Notes: a model not told the origin generated them from the sequence alone. Positions 1-10,483 are shown, counted from the stretch's first letter. The stretch: DNA of 64,000 nucleotides from Candidatus Curtissbacteria bacterium (GCA_016183325.1 JACPEV010000003.1:18000-81999); one strand, 5' to 3'. Made by a program: numbers and translations.

Positions 1-66
1 TTAATAGGGTGGGCAGTTTTAACGTACCCAAATGTATACTTTATTGCCGGAGTTTTGTCAATATAA
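1..66 (+). CDS. 3' end of a membrane protein (partial, runs in from the window edge)
   Basis: Open frame LIGWAVLTYPNVYFIAGVLSI* ending at TAA 64-66. Confidence 0.5.
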   Translation, partial: LIGWAVLTYPNVYFIAGVLSI

Positions 67-90
67 GTCATATCGTCTACAATTCAAGTT

Positions 91-492
91 GTGAACTACA
101 TCGCAATAATTCTTAAGGGTTTTAGTCATGTTTTCTTTCAGGAAAGTATTCTTTTGGGACTGGTGATTGTTGGCGGACTGGCGATGGTTTCACCGATTGC
201 TTTATTGTTAGCATTGGTTGGTAATATCACTGGTTTTTTTACTAGCACACTGCTTGGAGTAAAAAAGCCGATTGTTGAGCTTGGGATTTATGGTTTTAAC
301 GGAGTTCTGATTGGCTGTATGGTGGCATTTTATGTCAAACAGCTTCCGATGGCGGTAGTGATAACTATTGTAACCTCAGCTCTGGCTGCAGCGATTTTTT
401 ATCTATTTTTCCGCAATCAGATTCCGGCTTTTGCCCTACCTTTTACTTTGATGGGATGGCTGATTTTGATGTTACTTAAATACTTTAAGTGA
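91..492 (+). CDS. Urea transporter (UT) family protein, half-length
   Basis: KGFSHVFFQ, GIYGFNGVLIG and AFALPF resemble UT-family repeat motifs; 133 aa, hydrophobic. Confidence 0.65.
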   Translation: MNYIAIILKGFSHVFFQESILLGLVIVGGLAMVSPIALLLALVGNITGFFTSTLLGVKKPIVELGIYGFNGVLIGCMVAFYVKQLPMAVVITIVTSALAAAIFYLFFRNQIPAFALPFTLMGWLILMLLKYFK

Positions 493-500
493 TCGAAGCA

Positions 501-1019
501 CTATCTTTCTAAAATAGGAGGTCCTTCTTTTTCTCTTAAATAGATTTCCCTGCTTCTTCTAGCTGCTTGTAACATTTTATCCTTGTCATTAAGATAGATA
601 ATATATCTCTCTCCTTTGAACCTAATTTTTATGTTGGGATCCGTGACTACTGAAGTTTCTACTCCAGTAACTGGATCGGGTTGGCCATTGACGTGAACTA
701 TCACCTCGGCGGTTTCTGTCCAAAGGCCATCCATTTCCCAGTTTTTAACCAGAGCTAACTCTTCTGGTGAAAGTTGCCAAACTATGCCCCTGACTGATTT
801 ATCTTCGGCAGGTCGAATGCGATAGGCCCTAAAATCCGGACCCCAATCGGCACTTAAAATATTTCTGACCGGTTCTGGAATCTCATCCCACGTTTGGATG
901 CATAGTTCATAGCCATTGAGTCTGGCTGCGTAGCTTTTGGGGATACGGCCAAGAAGTGCTTCCATCATTTCGGAAACACAATTAACTCCGTAGGCGAAAT
1001 ATTCAACTGTATTTGCCAT
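501..1019 (-). CDS. Gamma-glutamylcyclotransferase-like protein
   Basis: N-terminal YFAYG motif and VRGIVW..LS..E segment. Confidence 0.6.
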   Translation of the reverse strand: MANTVEYFAYGVNCVSEMMEALLGRIPKSYAARLNGYELCIQTWDEIPEPVRNILSADWGPDFRAYRIRPAEDKSVRGIVWQLSPEELALVKNWEMDGLWTETAEVIVHVNGQPDPVTGVETSVVTDPNIKIRFKGERYIIYLNDKDKMLQAARRSREIYLREKEGPPILER

Positions 1020-1104
1020 GGGGGATATTTTATCCGATTTTGGATATCAATTCAAACTATCGGTTTGGGAGTAAGTTGTGGATCGCTGAAAGATTTTAGG
1101 ATTG

Positions 1105-1512
1105 CTAAACAAATTGCCAGCCCAAATTTTTGCCATACTTTAAGAAATCTTTGTCAAAAGAGAAGATTTTTCCAATATCAAATTTTTGAATAATTGCAAA
1201 GGATGTGCAATCAAAAAAACTGACATTTTTATCTTTGATTTTTTCGAATATGTCGTGGGCTAATCTGTCAATTTGTTGGTCAATAAAAATTATCTTAAAT
1301 TCACTTTTGCGAATTGAGTCTAAAAAGGCTAGCGATTTTTGTTTGGAAAGACGCATGGCCATAATTGTCGCAACTTCATAAATGACGATATTGGAAATAA
1401 CGACTGGTTCGCCTTCATTGGCTAAGTTGCGACTTTTCTCGTAAGCTATTTGGTGATGAATATTGTCCAGATCCCAAATTGCGATGAAGACATTGGAGTC
1501 GACAAAAACCAT
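1105..1512 (-). CDS. vapC: PIN-domain (VapC) toxin
   Basis: VFVDSN, SFFDCTS and FSFDKDF PIN motifs. Confidence 0.9.
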   Translation of the reverse strand: MVFVDSNVFIAIWDLDNIHHQIAYEKSRNLANEGEPVVISNIVIYEVATIMAMRLSKQKSLAFLDSIRKSEFKIIFIDQQIDRLAHDIFEKIKDKNVSFFDCTSFAIIQKFDIGKIFSFDKDFLKYGKNLGWQFV

Positions 1513-1766
1513 TATTTTGCGTATTTGGATTTGTCCCCGTAAAGATAGCGTTTATAATCTTGGGCCAATTTTTTCAGACCGCTTCTGCCAGCTTTCTTGG
1601 CCATGGCCAAAAGAACCGATGCATCCCCTTTTTGCGCAGGAGTTTTGCCAAGTTGCTTATCAATTGTTTCCCTAATGACAGCCGAAAGTGATTTGGCTTT
1701 GCGCCTGGCTTCAAGCTGCAAATGTTGATATTGCTCAAGTCTTAGATTCATCTGCGTCCTAATCAT
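1512..1766 (-). CDS. RHH/CopG-type antitoxin
   Basis: MIRTQ..L N-terminus, coupled to the PIN gene; TACATCT direct repeats upstream (1766-1786). Confidence 0.8.
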   Translation of the reverse strand: MIRTQMNLRLEQYQHLQLEARRKAKSLSAVIRETIDKQLGKTPAQKGDASVLLAMAKKAGRSGLKKLAQDYKRYLYGDKSKYAK

Positions 1767-1838
1767 ACATCTTACATCTTACATCTATAGAGCTCTGTTG
1801 TCAATGCCAAAATCGCCAAAATCGCCCGTGTAGACAAA

Positions 1839-2465
1839 TTAATGACTTAAGCGCACAATTTTGGTGACTTTGGATTTAGGCGACAGACGTTTGGCCGCTA
1901 TTATTTCGATGATGTTTTGGCCATCTTTTAGGGCAAGTTGATAAGAGAAGTTGCCATCGGAATCGACTGGAGCAAATTCGCCGTTTATAGAAACTGTTGC
2001 CTCTTTTTCCGTTTGACCTGAGATAACAATATTGGAGACTTGGGTTGTGAAGTCATCGGGAGGAGTTGTAACTTGCAGTTTCGGACTTTCTAAAATGGAA
2101 GAATATTGGATTACCAAGTAAATAATGAATATGAGAATTGCCAGAGCAGACGCGAAGTTGACGATCCTTTTGGGGGTCAGAAGAAGTTTTTTGGGTTTTT
2201 CGAAAACTGTGGTTTTTGGAGGATACTTTTTTTCATCAAACTCTCTTCTGTAAAGAGCCAAGGTGTGTTGGGCGTCTAACCCCAGATAAGAAGCATAATT
2301 TTGGATAAATCCTCTAACTATCGTCGGTTCTGGCAACTTAACCCAATTTGCGGATTCCAGAGCTTCGAGGAGTTCTTTTTTAATTAAAAGATCACGGGCA
2401 GCTCGCTCAAGGGAGATTCGTTTAGCTTTTCTTTTCGATGAAAGAATTTCAGAAAACGTTGTCAT
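1839..2465 (-). CDS. rodZ: RodZ-like HTH membrane protein
   Basis: N-terminal HTH (RGFIQNYASYLGLD), TM helix, Ig-like C-terminus; follows ftsK. Confidence 0.8.
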   Translation of the reverse strand: MTTFSEILSSKRKAKRISLERAARDLLIKKELLEALESANWVKLPEPTIVRGFIQNYASYLGLDAQHTLALYRREFDEKKYPPKTTVFEKPKKLLLTPKRIVNFASALAILIFIIYLVIQYSSILESPKLQVTTPPDDFTTQVSNIVISGQTEKEATVSINGEFAPVDSDGNFSYQLALKDGQNIIEIIAAKRLSPKSKVTKIVRLSH

Positions 2466-2480
2466 TATTTGTTGAACAAT

Positions 2481-4562
2481 TTATGAAGCTTGAGTTTGAG
2501 TTTGTAGAAACTCCTCAGCGTTTTTAACCAGAACGTCACGCGGTTTTGAACCTTCACCGGGGCCGACGATACCGGCTGACTCAAGTTCGTCCAAAAGTCT
2601 AGCTGCCCTGGCATAACCGATTCTTAGTCTTCTTTGAAGAAGAGAGGCGGAAGCTCGATCATACTGGCAAATTGTTCTGACTGCTTCTTCGAATAGATCA
2701 TCATGTGATCCGGCTACGCCGAACATTTTACCGACGGGAATTTGAGTGACTTCTTCGGTGTATTCAGGAGCAAGACCAGATCTTTTGAGAAAGTTAATTA
2801 AATTTCTGATTTCAGTATCCGAGACGAAGACACCCTGGAGCCTCATAGGTTTTGCAGCATCAGGAGGTACGTAAAGAAGATCACCTTTACCTAGAAGTTT
2901 GTCAGCGCCAGGTTGATCGATAATGACTCTGGAGTCAACCATTGAGGAAACATTAAAGGCGACTCGGCAAGGAATATTGGCTTTGATAAGACCGGTTATG
3001 ACGTCGACTGAGGGCCTTTGGGTGGCAATAACCAAATGAATGCCGGTTGCTCTAGCCATAGCGGCAATTCTACAAATGGCGTCTTCTACCTCAACCGGGG
3101 CAAATTCCATCAGATTATGAAGCTCGTCGACGACAATGATAATATAAGGAAGGGCTTGAAAACCAGAAAATTCATTATAGGCAGCAATATTCCTGACTTG
3201 GGCTTCATGAAAAAGCTTGTAGCGTCTATCCATTTCGGCCATAGCCCATTTTAGAGCTGAAAGAATTTTATCCGGCTCGACGATGACTGGAGTCAATAAA
3301 TGGGGAATATCGTTATATTCTGAAAGCTCGACTCTTTTGGGGTCGGCAAGGATCAGTTTAATCTCTTGAGGGCTGGCTCTAAAAAGTAACGTCGCAATGA
3401 GGGCATTTAAAAGCACAGATTTACCGGAACCGGTTGTACCGGCTATTAGAACATGAGGCATCTTGGCAATATCGGCAACGACGATGCTGCCTGAGACATC
3501 TAGCCCTAGACCAACTGCGGTTTTTGATTTATTGGAAAGGAGAACATCACTTGAGAGAATGTTTTTCAGAGGAACAAACTCTGGCGAAATATTGGGAATT
3601 TCGATACCGACTAGAGATTTACCAGGAATGGGAGCCTCAATTCTGACATTGCCTGTAAGTGTAGCTAAAGCCAAAGCAAGATCATTTTGAAGAGCTAGAA
3701 TTTTGGAAAGTTTGGTACCCATGGGAATTTCCAAGGCATATTGAGTCACCGTTGGGCCCAAATTGACTTCGACAACTTTGGCGGCAATTCCGAAACTTTC
3801 GAGGGTTTTCTCTATCGTATGAGCATTTTGTTTTACGTTACCGCGATTAGCGGCAGTGCCGTGAGAATTTGAAAGCAGTGAAAGAGGCGGATACTGCCAA
3901 ATTTGGCCTGGTGGCGGATTGTTAACGATGGTCTGATTTGGGGCAAAAACTTTATCGTTTCTGGGGGTGGGGGGAGATTTTCTAGGAAGTGCGTAGACTT
4001 CTTGCCCAGATTTAGTAATAAATTGGGGTTTACCTATAATTTTTTGTTTGATAAATTTTAGTATATTTTTGATCTTTTGGTAGACTTTAACAATTTGGGC
4101 AATAGCCTGATCCAAGCTGGTATTGAAGGCGATAACTAATGATATAAGAAAGATAAAAAATAAAACAAAAGCCGCTCCGACGGGGGTGAGAAGCGGTGAA
4201 ATTATTAACCAAAGAGACTTACCAAAAAGCCCAGAAAAATTTTGGGATAGTGGAGCAATTAGCCCTATGAGAGATAAAATCGCCGCAAAGAAACCTGCGA
4301 TAACATTTGTTTTGGAAAACCGTGAATTAATATGGAGAAAAGGTAGGCTAATAATAATAGCCAGAGGTGGTAAAAAAATAATCCCTATGCCAAAAAGGTT
4401 GTAAAAATAATCTCTCGTGGCTAGCAGAATTCCGGCTTGCGTGAAGAACGACAAAAATAGTAGAACTGAGAAAGCAAGTACAGTAAAGCCAATAATATTC
4501 ATGATTGTTTTCTTTTCTAACTGAAGAGGTGAGGTTAATTTTGCCTTTCGGTACTTTCTCAT
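2481..4562 (-). CDS. ftsK: DNA translocase FtsK/SpoIIIE
   Basis: TM N-terminus, GTTGSGKS Walker A, ATQRPS, gamma domain LQRRLRIGYARAAR. Confidence 0.97.
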   Translation of the reverse strand: MRKYRKAKLTSPLQLEKKTIMNIIGFTVLAFSVLLFLSFFTQAGILLATRDYFYNLFGIGIIFLPPLAIIISLPFLHINSRFSKTNVIAGFFAAILSLIGLIAPLSQNFSGLFGKSLWLIISPLLTPVGAAFVLFFIFLISLVIAFNTSLDQAIAQIVKVYQKIKNILKFIKQKIIGKPQFITKSGQEVYALPRKSPPTPRNDKVFAPNQTIVNNPPPGQIWQYPPLSLLSNSHGTAANRGNVKQNAHTIEKTLESFGIAAKVVEVNLGPTVTQYALEIPMGTKLSKILALQNDLALALATLTGNVRIEAPIPGKSLVGIEIPNISPEFVPLKNILSSDVLLSNKSKTAVGLGLDVSGSIVVADIAKMPHVLIAGTTGSGKSVLLNALIATLLFRASPQEIKLILADPKRVELSEYNDIPHLLTPVIVEPDKILSALKWAMAEMDRRYKLFHEAQVRNIAAYNEFSGFQALPYIIIVVDELHNLMEFAPVEVEDAICRIAAMARATGIHLVIATQRPSVDVITGLIKANIPCRVAFNVSSMVDSRVIIDQPGADKLLGKGDLLYVPPDAAKPMRLQGVFVSDTEIRNLINFLKRSGLAPEYTEEVTQIPVGKMFGVAGSHDDLFEEAVRTICQYDRASASLLQRRLRIGYARAARLLDELESAGIVGPGEGSKPRDVLVKNAEEFLQTQTQAS

Positions 4563-4634
4563 AAGAGGATTTTGAATATTGACTTACTATTTCCTATTGT
4601 ACAACATTTTGGTGTAAATTGCTATAGGCCAATT

Positions 4635-5708
4635 TTACCAGATTGGAACATACTCCTTAAGATTTTCTGGCGTAATAGTGATTTTGGTGGCTTTGCCTTC
4701 AATTTTTAATTTAGCAAATTTACGACAAATCCCGTTTATGGTCCTATCCAAGGTTCTGAGACCCGCATCAAAACCCAATGGTCTGACAATTTGGTGCCAG
4801 ACTGCATCATCTAGAGAGATGTCGTTTGGAGAAAGACCAGAGGCGATGATGGACCTTGGCAAAAGATAATTTTTACCAATGATGATCTTTTGCTCATCAG
4901 AATAGGATGGCATATCAAGTGTCTCCATTCTGTCCAAGACAGCTGTTGCAATACCTGCGGTGTTATTGGCTGTTGTCACAAACAGGACTTCTGATAAATC
5001 AAATGGGTAATCTATATAGTGATCCAAAAAACTGCTATTTTGCTCAGGATCTAAAAGCTCCACCAAAACCCCCATGATATCGGCTTTTGCTTCTTCGGTG
5101 ACACGGTCAATTTCATCTAGGAGTATGACGGGGTTTTTGGCACCAACCCTTCTTAATACTTTCATAATCTGGCCCGGTTCTGCATCCGGATAGGCACGGG
5201 ATCTGCCGCGGAGTTGCAATGCATCACCCATACCGCCCATGGGAATTCGGCCGAATTTACGTCCAAGAGCTTGAGCAATGGAATAACCCATGGTTGTTTT
5301 ACCAGTGCCAACTAAACCAAGGAGTAACAGTGACGGAGCTTTAGGCCCAGATTGCTTTTGGGCTTGGTTTTTTTTAAGGCTGGCGACAGAGATATACTCT
5401 AGAATACGTTCTTTGACACTTTCTAGTCCATAATGATTGGAATCTAAAACTTTTTTGGCATTTTCCAAGGACAATATTTCTTCACTTCGAGTGCTCCAGG
5501 GAAGATTAACTACCCAGTCTAAATATCTTGCGACAGATTCATATTCTTGGGAATAACCAGATGAAGCAGCTAGTCTTGTGAGTCTTCCTATCATGGCCTC
5601 GGCTTTTTTGCGGAGGTCTTCTGGAATACGAGAATTTAAAAGCTTTTCTTCCAGAATTTGGAGATCTTCCCCCTGGGTTTTTATTTTATCTTGGGCAGGA
5701 GTTTTCAT
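4635..5708 (-). CDS. Lon-like AAA+ ATPase lacking the protease domain
   Basis: HYGLESVKERILEY, GLVGTGKT, LLDEID and LLDPEQN; ends right after the AAA module. Confidence 0.85.
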   Translation of the reverse strand: MKTPAQDKIKTQGEDLQILEEKLLNSRIPEDLRKKAEAMIGRLTRLAASSGYSQEYESVARYLDWVVNLPWSTRSEEILSLENAKKVLDSNHYGLESVKERILEYISVASLKKNQAQKQSGPKAPSLLLLGLVGTGKTTMGYSIAQALGRKFGRIPMGGMGDALQLRGRSRAYPDAEPGQIMKVLRRVGAKNPVILLDEIDRVTEEAKADIMGVLVELLDPEQNSSFLDHYIDYPFDLSEVLFVTTANNTAGIATAVLDRMETLDMPSYSDEQKIIIGKNYLLPRSIIASGLSPNDISLDDAVWHQIVRPLGFDAGLRTLDRTINGICRKFAKLKIEGKATKITITPENLKEYVPIW

Positions 5709-6691
5709 TTTATGTTAATTAAACCAGAAAATTGATTCTCCTTCAAAGCAAATTCAAATTTGTTGATTTTTTGAAGAATTTCTGAAACTTGAGTTTCTTT
5801 ATTAAAAAGTAACTGGTAGAAATCCCCGGTTGCGGGGTTTTGGGTGGTACTTTGGAATAAGATTGCGATTGAGATCTTCTGGCTATTGTCTGATTTAGGA
5901 AATTCAATTGAGTCTGTCTGCTTTAAGTTGGATAATTCCTGCGCGGCTTCATATGAGGAAACGAAAAAAATATCTTGACCTTGCCTAAAAAGAGTGAAGG
6001 TTCTGGGATTGTCCTCTTTTGATAATTTGATTAAATGATAGTCAATATTTTGGCGAGTTTCCTGAAAGTAGACAGGTTCACCGGCAATTTGAACGTTTTT
6101 TAATGTTTCAAAATTAACCCTGTCGTTTTTAAAAATGATGGCCAGATCGGCATTTTGGCCAAAAATAATCAAACACTGGCCGGCCTCCGATGGTAAGTTA
6201 TTATTAAACCAGGCCGCAAACTCCGGGGGTAGAAAAAATCTTGACTTTACAAATTCTTTAAAGTCGGGGGCCGCGACTGCCAAGTTTGTGCTATTGGGAA
6301 TTTTATACTTTCCGGCTGGAAATTCTTTTGAATTTAGGCGTCGTGCTGTTGTGCCTTGAAAATTAACCTCCCCCGAACCCAGGTTAAGCTTTGCTTTTAT
6401 TGGGAGAATAAAAGCAAGTTTGGCTTGCGAGGTTGCATCTAAGCTGAACTCCACGCCTTTTTTGGTGCTTTGCGGCAAATTTAACTTTTCAAGGATTTGA
6501 GAAAATTTATCTTGATCAGTGTCTTGGAGGTTGAAATTTATTTCGAATTTATTATTTTGAGCTTGCAATATCAAAAAACTAGATTTTTGATGCAAACTTT
6601 TAAAATTTAAAAAGGCAATAAAGAGAATTAGAAAAAATGAAAAAATGATGAGTGTCCCCAAAAATATTTTACTGTTTTTGGGGGTGGTCAT
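5705..6691 (-). CDS. Hypothetical membrane-anchored protein
   Basis: 328-aa ORF with N-terminal TM helix, in operon with pnp and the Lon-like gene. Confidence 0.75.
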   Translation of the reverse strand: MTTPKNSKIFLGTLIIFSFFLILFIAFLNFKSLHQKSSFLILQAQNNKFEINFNLQDTDQDKFSQILEKLNLPQSTKKGVEFSLDATSQAKLAFILPIKAKLNLGSGEVNFQGTTARRLNSKEFPAGKYKIPNSTNLAVAAPDFKEFVKSRFFLPPEFAAWFNNNLPSEAGQCLIIFGQNADLAIIFKNDRVNFETLKNVQIAGEPVYFQETRQNIDYHLIKLSKEDNPRTFTLFRQGQDIFFVSSYEAAQELSNLKQTDSIEFPKSDNSQKISIAILFQSTTQNPATGDFYQLLFNKETQVSEILQKINKFEFALKENQFSGLINIK

Positions 6692-6694
6692 TTT

Positions 6695-8884
6695 TTAATA
6701 CCTTTTGGGGGGGCCTCTCCGATCACGTCTGTCATGCTGACCAAATCTCCTGGGAGAGAAACCTTTTCTCTCTCTGGTGGACTGGCGAGCTGCGTCTTGA
6801 CCAAAATTCATAGAAAGGTTAACTCGGCCTTGATCGTCTACTTCTGTTACCCTGACTTTAACCATTTGACCGATTTTGACAATATCTTCAACTTTTTCAA
6901 CTCTGTAGGGTGCAAGTTTTGAAATGTGAACTAAACCTTCTTTGCCTGGAAGGATTTCGACCATTGCGCCAAAGGGCAAAATTCGTCTTACCTGACCTTC
7001 GTAAACTTCTCCCGGCTGAGCTTCTTTGACGATACCTTCGACCCATTGCGCGGCTTTTTGAGCAGCTTCGCGATCTTTACTACTAATAGTCACAGTGCCT
7101 TCATCGTTGATGTCGATGGCACAGCCAGTGGCTGAGATTATTTTGTTAATGGTTCGGCCACCGGAGCCAATCACTTCTCCAATTTTTGCGGGATCAATTT
7201 TGACCAAAATTACTGTGGGCGCATGTGGAGAAATTTTCTCTCTTGATGTGGGAATAGTCGAAAGCAGCTTTTGCAAAATGTTAAGGCGAGCGGTCTTTGC
7301 TTTTTGCAGCGCTTCTTCTATCATTTTTGGTGGCACGCCTTTTAATTTAGTATCCATTTGAATAGCTGTAATGCCATTTTTGGTACCGGCCACTTTAAAA
7401 TCCATGTCGCCCTGGGAATCCTCCTGATAAGCAATATCAGTCAAGAGAAGATATTTTGATTTGTCAGATTTGTCGGTGATAAGACCTATCGAGATACCAG
7501 CAACCGGTTCTTTGATCGGAACTCCTGCATCCATCAAGGCTAGAGTTGAACCGCAGGTTGAGGCCATCGATGTTGAACCGGCTGAAGAGAGAACTTCTGA
7601 AACAACCCGAATGGTATAAGGGAATACGTCCTGAGATGGTAAAACCGGAACAAGAGCTTTTTCGGCCAAAGCACCATGACCGATTTCTCTGCGACCTGGC
7701 GAACCCAGTCTTCTAACTTCTCCGGTAGAAAATGGCGGAAAGTTATAGTGATGCATGTATTTCTTAGTGCCCTCTCCACTCATTCCCTCGATTAGCTGTT
7801 CAAGCGCAGGCGAGGCTAAAGTCAAGATTGAAATGACTTGAGTTTCGCCTCTTTGAAAAAATCCTGATCCGTGGGTTCTTGGCAGCATGCCAACTTTTGT
7901 GGTAATTGGCCTGATCTCATCGGGCGTTCTTCCATCAACACGCTTTTTTGCGGTTAATATTTGATTTCTTAGAAAGTCGGCTACGGCATCATCTAAAATG
8001 TCTTTTAAGTGTTTGGCTGAAATTTCTGAACCTTCCTTAATGAACTCTTCCTCTAGTTTCTGGGCAGATTCACTAAACCAATTTTCATCCTGCACAACTT
8101 GAGGTTTTTCAAGATCCTTAATAATTTCGCCCTCTATGAAATCTTTGATCTTTTTTTCTTGTTCTTGGGATAATTTCTTTGATTCATAAGACTGTTTTTG
8201 ACGACCGGCTTCTCTTGTGAAATCTTCAATTAGTGAAATTATGGTTTGGCCTTCTTTAAGTCCAAACTCTATTGCTTCAAACATAGCTTTTTCTTCCACC
8301 TCTTGTCCTGCTGCTTCTACCATAACGATTTCGTCTTTGGAAGTTGCGAGCACCAAGTCTAAGTTGGAAAATTTCCTTTCTTCTTCCGTCGGGTTAAGCA
8401 TGTAGCCTCCATTCTGGCGGCCTATCCTGACACCAGCGATCGGACCTGTCCATGGAATATCAGAAATAGAAAGTGCAGCTGAAGCTGCAATCAGTGAAAG
8501 GACGTCCGGGTCATTTTCTTGATCTACAGATAAAACCGTGATAACAACTTGAACTTCTGCTTGGTAATCTTTGGGGAATAAGGGTCTAATTGAGCGGTCG
8601 ATGAGCCTTGCAGTTAGAATTGCTTTTTCGCTAGGTCTACCTTCACGCTTGATAAATCTGGAAGTGGAAATTTTTCCGCCAGCGTATAGCCTTTCTTCAT
8701 AGTCAACAGCAAGCGGAAAGAAGTCCACGCTTGGCGCGGCAGGTTGAGAAACGGCGGTAGCTAAAACTACTGTTTCGCCGTAAGTGGCTAAAACTGCTCC
8801 GTTGGCCTGTCCTGCAAGCTCACCAGTTTCAAGGCTCAGTTTTTTACCTGCAATATCAATTTCGCGTTTTACAATTTTTGGCAT
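6695..8884 (-). CDS. pnp: Polyribonucleotide nucleotidyltransferase
   Basis: FFPLAVDYEE, RREIGHGALAE, GDMDFKVAG; KH and S1 domains. Confidence 0.98.
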   Translation of the reverse strand: MPKIVKREIDIAGKKLSLETGELAGQANGAVLATYGETVVLATAVSQPAAPSVDFFPLAVDYEERLYAGGKISTSRFIKREGRPSEKAILTARLIDRSIRPLFPKDYQAEVQVVITVLSVDQENDPDVLSLIAASAALSISDIPWTGPIAGVRIGRQNGGYMLNPTEEERKFSNLDLVLATSKDEIVMVEAAGQEVEEKAMFEAIEFGLKEGQTIISLIEDFTREAGRQKQSYESKKLSQEQEKKIKDFIEGEIIKDLEKPQVVQDENWFSESAQKLEEEFIKEGSEISAKHLKDILDDAVADFLRNQILTAKKRVDGRTPDEIRPITTKVGMLPRTHGSGFFQRGETQVISILTLASPALEQLIEGMSGEGTKKYMHHYNFPPFSTGEVRRLGSPGRREIGHGALAEKALVPVLPSQDVFPYTIRVVSEVLSSAGSTSMASTCGSTLALMDAGVPIKEPVAGISIGLITDKSDKSKYLLLTDIAYQEDSQGDMDFKVAGTKNGITAIQMDTKLKGVPPKMIEEALQKAKTARLNILQKLLSTIPTSREKISPHAPTVILVKIDPAKIGEVIGSGGRTINKIISATGCAIDINDEGTVTISSKDREAAQKAAQWVEGIVKEAQPGEVYEGQVRRILPFGAMVEILPGKEGLVHISKLAPYRVEKVEDIVKIGQMVKVRVTEVDDQGRVNLSMNFGQDAARQSTRERKGFSPRRFGQHDRRDRRGPPKRY

Positions 8885-9048
8885 TAAATTATTACTTGAG
8901 GATTCTGGGGAGTTAGAAATCGGATAGCGAGAACCAGCTTTTGATTTGCACTATTCAACTTCCAACAACCCACTCCTCTAATTAGTCGTCTAATTTTAAC
9001 TTAAATTTTCTTTTTTTGCAAGTTAATGAGGGCCACAAGGATATTGCC

Positions 9049-9084
9049 TTATTTGCTTAAACCTATTTTCCCAATTATATCCTT
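9049..9084 (-). repeat. Orphan recoded copy of the rpsO 3' tail (KDIIGKIGLSK*)
   Basis: Translates to the S15 C-terminus with different codons, about 44 nt after the rpsO stop. Confidence 0.85.
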
Positions 9085-9127
9085 AAGGCCCGCAGTCGAG
9101 TCCTACTCGACGAGGACCGCAAAGATA

Positions 9128-9391
9128 TTATTTGGGCAAACCGATCTTGCCGATAATATCTTTATATCTTTCGGGAGCTTTTCTCATTAGATAGTGCAAG
9201 AGACGACGACGTTTATTGATTATAGAGAGTAAACCCCGTCTTGAATGATCATCGTGTTCGTGAGATTTAAGATGTTCAACTACATTGCCGACTCTTTGAG
9301 ATAAAAGGGCGATTTGAACCTCTGGTGAGCCAGTATCCCCCTCGTGCGTTTTAAATTTATCGATTACCTGTTTTTTAGAAGTTATTGCCAT
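9128..9391 (-). CDS. rpsO: 30S ribosomal protein S15
   Basis: DTGSPEVQIALL and DDHSRRGLL motifs; upstream of pnp. Confidence 0.98.
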   Translation of the reverse strand: MAITSKKQVIDKFKTHEGDTGSPEVQIALLSQRVGNVVEHLKSHEHDDHSRRGLLSIINKRRRLLHYLMRKAPERYKDIIGKIGLPK

Positions 9392-9446
9392 AAAGATAGT
9401 AACTAGCGACTAGTTTCTAGTGACTAGTCCAGAATAGTACTACAAT

Positions 9447-10475
9447 TTAGTTTTCTCTGTCAAAGGATTTTGATCCTCGATAAATTTTCGGAGGTTTGAG
9501 CCAATCTTTCTCAGAGGTTTTTTGGCGCTCAACTTCTTCAAGTGGTGTGATATCAAATGGAACTTGAGGCATTTTATCATCATTTTGAGAAATTGGAGTT
9601 TGCAGAGCATTTTGCAAATTTGATTGATTCTGGAAATTATATACTGACTGACTGGTTATTACTGGGTTGGGAGTTGGTGGGGTAAATTGTTGAGAAGATT
9701 GCTTTGGAATGCTTGCACTTTTTGATTCGCTGGCGAGACTGGCTCGGCCCGCCCCAAATTTAATTAACCAAGCAGCAATTTGAAAACTATTTTGGGTACA
9801 TTTGGCAGGAGAGAAACTTTCTGTAGATTGGGAAATTCCAGTGAATAAATTATAGGCGATGTCCTCATCTACTGGAAGTGCCAAGTCTTGAATAAACTGA
9901 GCAGTTACCTCACAAACACTTGCCGATTCTGGATTGGAGAAGTTTATTTGAGCAAATTTTTGGTTCACTTGTTCAACACTTACGTTGACTATGTAGGTAC
10001 TTGAGTCTAAATTTTGTTCACGAGTAATAACTTTTATCAGATCTTCCGATGATTTAAATCCTATTGCAAAAATTAAATCTGGTTTTGCGGGTACTTGTTC
10101 GAATGAAATTTTATCTTGGGAGAGGCCTTTTGAACCTGGGAATGGATGAATGACAATTTTTAATTTATTTTCTTCTAAAAAGTAAGTAACTTTATCAACA
10201 CTTTCTACTGCATCTTGAACGACTACAGCCAAGTTTGCGGTACCTTGTGATTGACCGATTTTGTCGACTCCATAAAGCAAAGTGCCATCTTTAACAGTCG
10301 GTGATTTGCCTATAATAGAAACATTTTTGCTTAATTTTTGACAAGAAAGGTAAAGCGCTAGTCCTGCGGCGAGTCCATCTATGCCAGTATCTTGAAAAAC
10401 GGCAATTAAAATATTCTCTGCTTTAGTGATTTTTTCAAGAGTTTTGTCTTTGGTAATTTGATCCATATCAACCAA
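9447..10475 (-). CDS. DHH-family (NrnA-like) phosphoesterase, apparently degenerate, with low-complexity tail
   Basis: IDGLAAGLAL, SASVCE and LFTGI..T.SF segments; position after infB; DHH motif not evident. Confidence 0.6.
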   Translation of the reverse strand: MVDMDQITKDKTLEKITKAENILIAVFQDTGIDGLAAGLALYLSCQKLSKNVSIIGKSPTVKDGTLLYGVDKIGQSQGTANLAVVVQDAVESVDKVTYFLEENKLKIVIHPFPGSKGLSQDKISFEQVPAKPDLIFAIGFKSSEDLIKVITREQNLDSSTYIVNVSVEQVNQKFAQINFSNPESASVCEVTAQFIQDLALPVDEDIAYNLFTGISQSTESFSPAKCTQNSFQIAAWLIKFGAGRASLASESKSASIPKQSSQQFTPPTPNPVITSQSVYNFQNQSNLQNALQTPISQNDDKMPQVPFDITPLEEVERQKTSEKDWLKPPKIYRGSKSFDREN

Positions 10476-10483
10476 TGAGGCAT

